A stretch of 64,000 nucleotides of DNA. It comes from Candidatus Latescibacterota bacterium (GTDB lineage Bacteria; Latescibacterota; CBDEFO01). The position numbers and the translations under genes are program-made. How positions within the stretch are numbered: position 1 is the stretch's first letter; every line of letters begins with the position of its first letter. This document shows, piece by piece, positions 20,315 through 28,184 of the stretch. The notes under the pieces are model-generated. The model did not search any database, was not told where the DNA came from, and saw only the letters and a program-made list of their open reading frames with translations. The stretch covers positions 2,496,001-2,560,000 of the forward strand of contig OZ252149.1 in NCBI GenBank assembly GCA_965248755.1, written 5' to 3'.

Positions 20315-20415
20315 TAGAAGTCAGTCTATGAGAACTCCAATAGAAGTCAGTCTATGAGAACTCCATAGAAGTCAGTCTATGAGAACTCCATAGAAGTCAG
20401 TCTATGAGAACTCCA
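20315..20415. repeat. Four head-to-tail copies of 25-bp TAGAAGTCAGTCTATGAGAACTCCA
   Basis: Copies start at 20315 (one extra A), 20341, 20366 and 20391; no spacers. Confidence 0.95.
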
Positions 20416-20604
20416 TCATATTGTGTTCGTTAAGAACATCAAATAGATCTTGATCGAAAACGTTCGAGTGGGAGGAAGTGTATTCGCAGGCAGGATTTCT
20501 TTGCAGAAGTGCTTGAGTGCTGTCGGACAAAAGCCCTTTCGGCCTCGTTTCTGGATTCAAAATCAGCACAAAAGGTGACAACAAGAATGCGGCGGAAATT
20601 AACG

Positions 20605-20922
20605 CTGCCAGATAGAAATATCCGTTCTGTTTGCATCAAGGTCCCCGATGGATTCAATCGGGGATGAGAAATTTCGGCTCTTTACGGCGATATAGTGCTC
20701 ACACTAAACGAATTACAAGGTATTGCAGCAGATCGTCCAGCGCTTCTTACCCGAAGGGAATTAACTCCTTGATCAAAGAAATGCCAACATCTAAATCCTG
20801 AACCTTTCTTTCAATTGACTTGTCCCCGATAGACTCAATCGGGGATACGAACTTATTTTTCTCATTACTGGCTCCTTGAGTTAAAGATTTGAAGTTTTTA
20901 TGCTAACTACTGTTAGATACCC
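20605..20922 (-). pseudogene. Degraded N-terminal fragment of a second IS256-like transposase with its left end
   Basis: Manual translation MRKISSY..SIERKVQDLDVGISLIKELIPFG*EALDDLLQ..YRRKE..KQNGYFYL; GGG-starting end at 20922; carries two 21-bp palindromes. Confidence 0.5.
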
Positions 20923-20972
20923 AATTTAACCTCGGAGCCTTCTCTATTTCAACTAATTTAAACATTTCCCCG

Positions 20973-21449
20973 TTAAAAGCTCGGAACAGAATACTTTGCT
21001 TCCTCTTTAGCTATAATCTCCCGAACTTCTTTTGCAGTTTGGGCGGATATTAGGGTCTTCCTGAACTCGGTGTTTTTAAGCAGTCTGGAAATTCTGGCCA
21101 ATGCCCTTATGTGAGGGCCAGAGGTATCGGGCGGAGAGACCAAAAGAAAGAATATAAAGACGGGTTCTCCGTCCAGAGAGTCGAAAGCTGCGCCGCTGCT
21201 CCTTATGCCCATAGCCGCCACCAAGTCGCTTACGTGTTCTGACTTGCCATGAGGTATAGCGATTCCGTTTCCTATGCCTGTGCTCATTATCTTTTCTCTT
21301 TCCATGACAGCCTGTAGAACTCCTTCTGAATCGAACGCCTTCTCGTCACTCTCCAAGAGATTAACAAGCTCCTCTATTATCTCCCCCTTATTTTCTCCTT
21401 CCAGTCCTACCTTTATAGCGTCTTGGGGTAATATATCAGTCAGATTCAT
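20973..21449 (-). CDS. PTS IIA (fructose/nitrogen-regulatory type) component
   Basis: ERE..MSTGIGNGIAIPHG, FDSLDGEPV, HIRALARISR. Confidence 0.92.
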   Translation of the reverse strand: MNLTDILPQDAIKVGLEGENKGEIIEELVNLLESDEKAFDSEGVLQAVMEREKIMSTGIGNGIAIPHGKSEHVSDLVAAMGIRSSGAAFDSLDGEPVFIFFLLVSPPDTSGPHIRALARISRLLKNTEFRKTLISAQTAKEVREIIAKEEAKYSVPSF

Positions 21450-21563
21450 CCGTGGCTCCGTATTGAAATCAGTAGACAGGCTAAGGGGCTTCAGGCACCA
21501 GGGCGCAAAGATACCAAGAATCGTATCTTTGTGGCTAACTTTCGCCTTCTTGGCCTTCGCCTC

Positions 21564-22463
21564 TCAAAAGAGCTTGATCTTGATCTGAGTGTATTTTTGG
21601 GGATCCTCTCTAAACTCCTTTATAAGTGTATTCAGTTCCTGCACCATTATATCCAGATCCTCATAGAGCTGCTCATCCTCTAACATCCTGCCTAAAGTAC
21701 CATGACCTTTATCCAATTTACCTGTAACGCTCTCCATAGACTTTGATATTCTCTCTAAATGGGACGATGCATTCTTCAAAGATAGGGATCCCTCCTCAAA
21801 GTTATCTATCATCGCTTCTATCTTCTGCTTTTGAGACCCTGTCACATCTTTTATATCGCCTGAGACGGACTTAACATCCCTGAGTATGGGGCCCAGTTCG
21901 TGCATATCGTTGGAGATCAGATTCTCAAGATCTGCTGTAAGGTCGCGTATATTCTCCAAGCTGCCCTTGATCCTTTCTTCCGACCCCTTGTCTAAAAGCG
22001 AATCGAGTTTCTTTAATAGATCTGAGATGTCCGACAACATCGGATCTAAAAACGATGTCAACTTCCCCGTCCCTTTCTGATAGCTTCCGTCTATCGTATC
22101 CCCATCCTGTAGCATCTCTTGGACCACTCCCAAGGTTATCCCCACGTGCTTTTCCCCCAGCAAAGTGAGACTCCCGACGTAGACCTTTGAATCCTTTGGA
22201 ATTTTAAACTCCCTCATTATCCTCATATCCACTATCACTGTGTTATCGTCCTCCAGATGCATATCCTTTACCTTCCCGACCTTAAAGCCCGCCACCGTTA
22301 CAGGATCGTCCTTACCCACACCCAGGACGTTCTTCATGCGCACGTGTATTGTGTACTCAGTGCTTTTCATATGATAATCGCCCAAGTAGATCAGCCCTGC
22401 TATTACGACTATGACCGCTAGGAATATCGACAACCCTACCTTTGCTTCTTGGCTGTATCTCAT
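21564..22463 (-). CDS. mlaD: MlaD/MCE family protein
   Basis: EAKVG, VTVAGFKVGKV, LLGEKHV, helical region, GTLGRML.DEQLY. Confidence 0.88.
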   Translation of the reverse strand: MRYSQEAKVGLSIFLAVIVVIAGLIYLGDYHMKSTEYTIHVRMKNVLGVGKDDPVTVAGFKVGKVKDMHLEDDNTVIVDMRIMREFKIPKDSKVYVGSLTLLGEKHVGITLGVVQEMLQDGDTIDGSYQKGTGKLTSFLDPMLSDISDLLKKLDSLLDKGSEERIKGSLENIRDLTADLENLISNDMHELGPILRDVKSVSGDIKDVTGSQKQKIEAMIDNFEEGSLSLKNASSHLERISKSMESVTGKLDKGHGTLGRMLEDEQLYEDLDIMVQELNTLIKEFREDPQKYTQIKIKLF

Positions 22464-22534
22464 CTTTTTCTTCTTATGAAATTATATGTGCGGATTGCTT
22501 TGCTTTAAATGACGTTGCGAAGGCTTTTGCCTTC

Positions 22535-22608
22535 AGGACAGACAGGAATGTCTGTCCTATTAACCACACACTCTTTGTACCCTGGTGGGTCAGACATTCC
22601 TGTCTGAC
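22535..22608. repeat. Inverted pair of REP-like palindromes (GACAGGAATGTC core)
   Basis: AGGACAGACAGGAATGTCTGTCCT (22535) and GTCAGACATTCCTGTCTGAC (ends 22608). Confidence 0.75.
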
Positions 22609-22642
22609 GAAGCAAACTCAAAGGGTTTCGCTACAACAAGGG

Positions 22643-23716
22643 CTATGAGGATACTAAACTTACATCTAGCATAGGACTATTCACCGCGTTGCTTTCTATA
22701 CATAGCGTTTCCAACTGTTTATCCTCCAACTTAGGAGCAAATCTGATCGTCACATCCACTCTTGACGATGGCTCAACAGATAGAGGAAGCTTGGGGAGCG
22801 AAAGCAGGCGGAATTCCTCACCAGCGGACGCTATATGTACCCTTGTTATCTTCAGTGGGGCAGAACCTGTGTTATCTATTGTCAAGCTCTTATCCAGATG
22901 TTCGTCCTCAGACACGTGGCCAAAATAGAGAGGAGAGGGTGAGGCGGATATGAGGGGCTCCTTGATCACTGCAGAAAGGGGCAACTCCTCCTCGGCCAAG
23001 CCCTTTACAAACTGATGAACTATCGGGTCTTCTGCTCTGTCTATCTCTTCAGGGGTTCCCACAAACCTGACTTCTCCATCGTGCAGCATCGCTATCTTGT
23101 CGCCGACGTAGAACGCGCTCTGCATATCGTGAGTCACAACTATAGCTGTAACTGACATTACATCGTGCATACGGACCATCAATTTATCTATAGACCGAGC
23201 CGTGACAGGGTCCAGACCCGTCGTGGGCTCATCGTACAATACGAACTTAGGGTCCATCGCCAGTGCCCGTGCAAATCCCACTCTCTTTTTCATCCCTCCT
23301 GACAGCTCAGCAGAATAGAGCTTTTCCGTCCCCTCCAGGCCTACCATTTCCAGACAGTGATAGATTCTACCCTTTATCTCATTTTCCGGAAGACCGGAGT
23401 GCTTCCTTAAACCGAGGCCTATGTTCTGATCGACCGTGAGCGAATCGAAGAGCGCCGAACCCTGGAAAACCATACCAAACATCTTTCTTATCCCCATAAG
23501 CTCCTTGTAGCTTATCTTCGTTATATCGCGGCCATTTACAAGGACCGATCCTCTGTCTGACCTTAAAAGCCCGATTACTATCTTGAGGAAGACGCTCTTT
23601 CCGCATCCACTCCGTCCGACGACTACGACGCTCTCCCCCTCGTCAATCTGGAGGTTCATCCCTTCCAGAACGTGATTGTCACCGAAGCTCTTATAAAGGT
23701 CCATAACTTCGATCAT
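22643..23716 (-). CDS. mlaF: MlaF/Mkl-type ABC ATPase with C-terminal ASH-like Ig domain
   Basis: GRSGCGKS, LSGGMKKRV, YDEPTTGLDP; likely start MIEVMDL at 23716, just after the mlaE stop. Confidence 0.88.
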   Translation of the reverse strand: MIEVMDLYKSFGDNHVLEGMNLQIDEGESVVVVGRSGCGKSVFLKIVIGLLRSDRGSVLVNGRDITKISYKELMGIRKMFGMVFQGSALFDSLTVDQNIGLGLRKHSGLPENEIKGRIYHCLEMVGLEGTEKLYSAELSGGMKKRVGFARALAMDPKFVLYDEPTTGLDPVTARSIDKLMVRMHDVMSVTAIVVTHDMQSAFYVGDKIAMLHDGEVRFVGTPEEIDRAEDPIVHQFVKGLAEEELPLSAVIKEPLISASPSPLYFGHVSEDEHLDKSLTIDNTGSAPLKITRVHIASAGEEFRLLSLPKLPLSVEPSSRVDVTIRFAPKLEDKQLETLCIESNAVNSPMLDVSLVSS

Positions 23717-23718
23717 GA

Positions 23719-24501
23719 CTACAATATCGTCTGGGCCAGAACGTAATCCAGCGTCAAGATTATAAGGCAGGCGTTCACCACAGCTGAGGTTGTCGCAAGT
23801 CCCACTCCCTCGGCGCCCTTTTCGGCGTTGTAGCCCTGATAACAGCCGATAAAAGTTATGATCAGACCGAAGACACACGCCTTGGTCAGACCGTAAGTGA
23901 CATCTTTCATCTCAAAGAAGAGCCTCGCCCCCTTCATAAATTCTCCCGACGTCAGTCCTATCGTCTGAACCGCTACGAACCATCCCCCTAATATCCCGAT
24001 AGCCATAGCAAAGACTGTAAGCACAGGGATCATAATCATTCCAGCTATGACCCTTGGAACCACTAAATATGCCACTGAATTAAACGCCATTGACTCCAGG
24101 GCGTCTATCTGCTCTGTTACCTTCATTGTCCCCAGTTCCGCCGCTATTGTAGCTCCTACGCGCCCTGCCAAGACCAGAGCGGGCAAAATCGGGCCCAATT
24201 CCAATATCACGGACTTGCCCACGACACTGCCGATCAGATATAAAGGTATATAGTTTCTGAACTGATAGGCCGCCTGGACTGATGTGACCATCCCTGCGAA
24301 GACGGATATGTATATTACCATAGGGAGGGAATTTATCCCTATCCTTACCATCTGTTCTACGGTCAACTTTCTGTACGTCGAAATCTCTCTCAGAGCTAAA
24401 ATAGTCCTCCCGACAAGGATGGAAAATCTACCCAGATGTTCCAAAAAATACAATGCTTTACGACCTATAAAGTCGAAGAAAGACAGCACAGCTTTGCACA
24501 C
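23719..24501 (-). CDS. mlaE: MlaE-family ABC permease
   Basis: ELGP..LAGRVGATIAAELGTMKVTEQIDAL, GAEGVG.ATT.AVV. Confidence 0.93.
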   Translation of the reverse strand: MCKAVLSFFDFIGRKALYFLEHLGRFSILVGRTILALREISTYRKLTVEQMVRIGINSLPMVIYISVFAGMVTSVQAAYQFRNYIPLYLIGSVVGKSVILELGPILPALVLAGRVGATIAAELGTMKVTEQIDALESMAFNSVAYLVVPRVIAGMIMIPVLTVFAMAIGILGGWFVAVQTIGLTSGEFMKGARLFFEMKDVTYGLTKACVFGLIITFIGCYQGYNAEKGAEGVGLATTSAVVNACLIILTLDYVLAQTIL

Positions 24502-24529
24502 CTTTCCACAGATGACAACGGATTATATA

Positions 24530-25363
24530 CTAAGGATCGAAGAAGAATCCAGCGCCCAGGTAATTCTCCACCTGGTCGTAATACTGCCCCTCCTGCCTCA
24601 TCCCTCTGTGATACACAAGCGCTAACATTATTCCGCCACTGTCCTTGAAGCCGAACTTTAACCCCAACTGTATTTGATGAATCAGAAAATTGCCTCCCCT
24701 CTTCCTCCCCTGAAGGTCATATGCAAAATATGTAAAAATATTCTCCCCCAGCGTTGAACCCTCTGCTTTTCCCCCTAATTGAAACCAGCCCTTGGGAAGA
24801 GAAGGAATGTTGTGATAATCGTAGCCGACTCTCGAATACAATCTCAGATTCTCAAATCTGTAGGAGAAAGCAATGTCAATAAACTCCTTGCTAAACGTTC
24901 TCCTTTCGTCCTCCACGTTTCTGTGGCCGTCTCCGAAGTGCGCGCTTATGTGGCTTAGTCTGAATCGCAAAGAGCTCATCCCCACGGCCCCATCGACTCG
25001 AAAAGAGACAAGGTAATCCACAGTATCTAAAGGGAACCTGACCCCTTCTTTTCCAAGCCTCGACGACACTCCCCCGTCTATGCCCCCGTTCAATTTCAAC
25101 GGCTCGCTGTCGCCCCTATCTATCAGGACTCCGACAACTTCTGTCGATTTACCTATGATTCCCCTGAAGTAAGAGCCTGCCTTTACCATCCCTGTCTGAA
25201 CTTCCCAGGGATCGGCTGTCAGGGACTCAAATAGTCTCTCCTTGGGCATAAACTCCCACACACCCGCGCGCGCCCTGGACGACGCAACCGTCAAAGTCAT
25301 ACCCAGAACCATTATGGCCCTTACTATACAAAATAGTAAATCTGATGGCCATTGGCAAGCCAT
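24530..25363 (-). CDS. DUF1207-like outer-membrane protein
   Basis: Signal peptide; LF.SL.ADP, RLSHISAHFGD, GQYY, aromatic C-terminus. Confidence 0.7.
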   Translation of the reverse strand: MACQWPSDLLFCIVRAIMVLGMTLTVASSRARAGVWEFMPKERLFESLTADPWEVQTGMVKAGSYFRGIIGKSTEVVGVLIDRGDSEPLKLNGGIDGGVSSRLGKEGVRFPLDTVDYLVSFRVDGAVGMSSLRFRLSHISAHFGDGHRNVEDERRTFSKEFIDIAFSYRFENLRLYSRVGYDYHNIPSLPKGWFQLGGKAEGSTLGENIFTYFAYDLQGRKRGGNFLIHQIQLGLKFGFKDSGGIMLALVYHRGMRQEGQYYDQVENYLGAGFFFDP

Positions 25364-25999
25364 TTATGTTCCTTGGGATTCTAACTCTTTCAACTCCCTC
25401 CTGTAATCCTCGGGAGTATCTATATCTTTCAATATATCCTCTGAATCTATCTTTACTTCCAACACATCGTGGGCATGTTTGGTTATAACCTGCCTCATGC
25501 CCAACTTTACGGACGTACTGAGAACCTCCTCTTTATATTTGATATCCAGAACTAAGGGATGACCCCTCGAACCTCTGTATGTAGGAATAGCTATCCCCCT
25601 CCCCGATCTCTTGTAGCCCTCCACGATCTCGTTTACGAGGTTACCGCTTATGAACGGCTGGTCTCCCAACGCGATTAAGAAGGCCCTTGTCTCATCGGAT
25701 AAGGCTCTCAGTCCGCATTGGATAGAGGATAACATGCCATCCTTATAACGTTCATTTACGGCTATTCGCACAGGACGGAGTCGATGTTCTACCTTCGACA
25801 GTATTTTTTCTCTTATTTCATCTGCTCTGTGACCCAGCACTACTATCACATCTTCTAAAGTTGAGCCGTAGAGAACATCTATCACGCGCTCTAAGATAGT
25901 GCTCTCCCCGATCTTCAGGGTCTGCTTCATCACGGCGTCGCCGCCCGCCTTCCCCATCCTCCTGGACTCGCCCGCCGCCAATATTATCCCTGATATCAT
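25364..25999 (-). CDS. MocA/MobA-like nucleotidyltransferase
   Basis: ILAAGESRRMG, GMLSSI, LGDQP, RGHP, DIDTPEDY. Confidence 0.9.
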   Translation of the reverse strand: MISGIILAAGESRRMGKAGGDAVMKQTLKIGESTILERVIDVLYGSTLEDVIVVLGHRADEIREKILSKVEHRLRPVRIAVNERYKDGMLSSIQCGLRALSDETRAFLIALGDQPFISGNLVNEIVEGYKRSGRGIAIPTYRGSRGHPLVLDIKYKEEVLSTSVKLGMRQVITKHAHDVLEVKIDSEDILKDIDTPEDYRRELKELESQGT

Positions 26000-26111
26000 A
26001 GAGAGTCTATGCTCACTAAGTTTTAGCTACTTTTTTGAACGCCCCCATATCAATCTAACCTACTGCGGCAAAGAACGCAAGCAAAATCAGCAATCTTGGG
26101 ATCATCTGATA

Positions 26112-26417
26112 TCAAAGTGCTCTTTCCCTGTGACCGACACCTGAGACCATCAGATATTTCGAACCGACGGCTTTCATAAATTCTATTGTCTTTTCTAAAT
26201 TGCCGATGTCCCCGTAGCCCATGTGCACACCCGCTTATTTCAGTCCGCAGGAGTCCAAAATTCCCGTTACATAATCAGGATTCGTATCCTGACTTAGATT
26301 CCTCGTTTCGACTCCATCATAGCCCGCCTCCCCCACCTCTTTTAGCACTCCCTCAAAATCGTCGTTTGCCCTCTGCCCGTAAATGATAAGATGACATCCT
26401 ATTGGGGGTTTGTCCAT
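26112..26417 (-). pseudogene. Truncated sugar-phosphate isomerase/epimerase (TIM barrel)
   Basis: MDKPPIG..EAGYDGVE..CGLK*AGVHMG..KAVGSKYLMVSG; internal TAA and early end. Confidence 0.7.
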
Positions 26418-26450
26418 CTTCGTCCTCTGTTTTGTTTGTTTACTAACGCT

Positions 26451-26510
26451 TGAGATTGCTTCGCTTCGTGCTTCAGTCATTGCGAGGGGTGTAACCCCGA
26501 AGCAATCTCT
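26451..26510. repeat. GTCATTGCGAG..GAAGCAATCTC palindromic element; related copies at about 19235-19316 and 62264-62292
   Basis: GAGATTGCTTCG..GTCATTGCGAGGGGTGTAACCCCGAAGCAATCTC; terminal arms are complementary. Confidence 0.7.
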
Positions 26511-26526
26511 CAAATTCGAAAAGCTA

Positions 26527-27708
26527 TCAGTTGGCACCTTCGCAAAAATCCAGCGCGGTCAATGAGTATATTTGAGCGTTTAAGAAGAGCTGATCCACTG
26601 CGATATGTTCGTTGTCCGAGTGAGCTGTTATGTACGTAGGCCCATAATATGCTGTAGGGACCCTGGCGTCGTTTCTGAAGATGTGACCGTCGGCGACGAG
26701 CTTCATTCCGATAATGTCGCAACTTCCCCTTATCTTTTCTGCGGCCGATTTGAGCTTATAAACGATCGTCTCGTCGGGTGATGTCTCGTAGGGATCGGCC
26801 ACCTTTGAAAGCTCCAACCGAAAGGCGATGCCCGACTCCTCTGAGAGACGGTCTAGCATATCTCTGAGCTCTGAGGTGACGTCTTCCTCCGATTTTGCCG
26901 GCACCCATCGCCTTGTTCCCACCAGCTTGCACAGGTCGGGCACTCGATTGAAGTAGTCGCCGGCTTCTACGATCCCTAAATTTATGTGCTCCTTCCCGCA
27001 CAGAGGATGGCCCGGTTCGGATTCAAACTGCTCCTGAAGATCGTGCAACTCCTTGATCAGCTTGGACATCCAGAAGATAGGGTTTTTGCTCAAGGGCACC
27101 GTTAGAGTGTGCTTCGTAGCGTCCGGACTCTCCAAAGCTATTGTAAAGATTCCCATCCCGAGACTGCTAATCCATATACTTGGAGGTCCTTCGACTACCA
27201 CAATAGCGTCGGCATTGATCTGGCCCTTTCTTACCCTCTGTGCGAGATCTATCGCTCCTTCGTGGTGTCCTGCAGGGGACTCGTGTCCGACTATGCCTGT
27301 TATCCATAGATCGCCTTTGAGCCTTACTTTCGAATCTGAGATGGCCTTCACAGCACAAGTTGCAGCGGCCAGCCCTCCCTTCATATCCTCAGAGCCTCTT
27401 CCCCACAAGATCCCACCCTCTAACTTGGGGCGTACGCAGTTTCCTATCGGAATCGTATCTAAGTGACCGTTGAACATCAGACTCGGTCCGTCCCCTGCCC
27501 CCGGCAATTTTCCTATCACATTATGTCTGTTCTCTTCGATCTCATCCATCTCCACTTCCAGTCCCATTTTCTCTAATTGTTCTGCGTAGAACTTGCATAC
27601 TTTTCCTTCTTTTCGCGTCGGGCTTTCGATCTGCACCATCTCGAACGCCAGTTGAGCTACATCCGTGTGGGTTATACTATCTAAGATCATTTGATGTTCA
27701 TCGTCCAT
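26527..27708 (-). CDS. M20 family (ArgE/DapE-like) metallo-amidohydrolase
   Basis: FNGHLDT, GRGSEDMKGG, AHSDNE; start MDDEH follows AAGGA. Confidence 0.88.
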   Translation of the reverse strand: MDDEHQMILDSITHTDVAQLAFEMVQIESPTRKEGKVCKFYAEQLEKMGLEVEMDEIEENRHNVIGKLPGAGDGPSLMFNGHLDTIPIGNCVRPKLEGGILWGRGSEDMKGGLAAATCAVKAISDSKVRLKGDLWITGIVGHESPAGHHEGAIDLAQRVRKGQINADAIVVVEGPPSIWISSLGMGIFTIALESPDATKHTLTVPLSKNPIFWMSKLIKELHDLQEQFESEPGHPLCGKEHINLGIVEAGDYFNRVPDLCKLVGTRRWVPAKSEEDVTSELRDMLDRLSEESGIAFRLELSKVADPYETSPDETIVYKLKSAAEKIRGSCDIIGMKLVADGHIFRNDARVPTAYYGPTYITAHSDNEHIAVDQLFLNAQIYSLTALDFCEGAN

Positions 27709-27942
27709 CTTTCTTTCCTTAATTGAGAGGCAGCGAATCTGAGAACTGCTGCAAATCCAGACCTTCACGTCACCAATGACAGTATATGTTGAAACGTTTG
27801 AGGAGTCAAGAACAATTTGCTACCTCTTTGCAGGAAAGATATTCACTCTGGACACGGGAATAGACCTTGGTAGCACGGATACTCGTATGCCCTGTGATCT
27901 CCTGATCTGACTGTGAGGATTCTCTTTCTGATCACTTTTATA

Positions 27943-27971
27943 TTGACATTCAACAAGACATCGTGTATCTT
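27943..27971 (+). promoter_or_regulatory. Candidate sigma70 promoter of the 28185-40172 operon
   Basis: TTGACA-17 bp-TATCTT. Confidence 0.55.
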
Positions 27972-28055
27972 GATCAATCAAGTCCCTGTGCGATGAAAGT
28001 GCATCGTTTACAAGGAGGAATTCTATATGAGATAGCGCCTTGGAGTATCCTTGAT

Positions 28056-28076
28056 CCCCGATAGATTCAATCGGGG
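28056..28076. repeat. 21-bp palindromic element, reference copy; others at 5618, 19198, 20643, 20824, 39628, 39749, 41858 (degenerate), 42225 (nested) and 62841 (variant)
   Basis: CCCCGATAGATTCAATCGGGG: 10-bp arms with one conserved A.A mismatch and one variable central base. Confidence 0.92.
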
Positions 28077-28184
28077 AGGGATCTTTCGGGCGTTTTTCTG
28101 TTTGTACTGGACTTTGGAAAGAGTAAACTGTTCAAAACACTTAACTCCGAAGGACTCTGTTCTTTCTTTAAAGGAGGTCGAGCT

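Noticed and set aside
20315..20415. CRISPR array
   Set aside because: Repeats are contiguous with no spacers, and there are no cas genes
23717..23878. N-terminal extensions of mlaF, tupC (40900-40980) and ORF 26235..26537
   Set aside because: They overlap mlaE or translate REP DNA (WANTWVRPY, RDCFGVTPLAMT)
27830..28184. Riboswitch or ncRNA in the long leader
   Set aside because: No known riboswitch consensus recognised; only the promoter-like site and the palindrome are supportable
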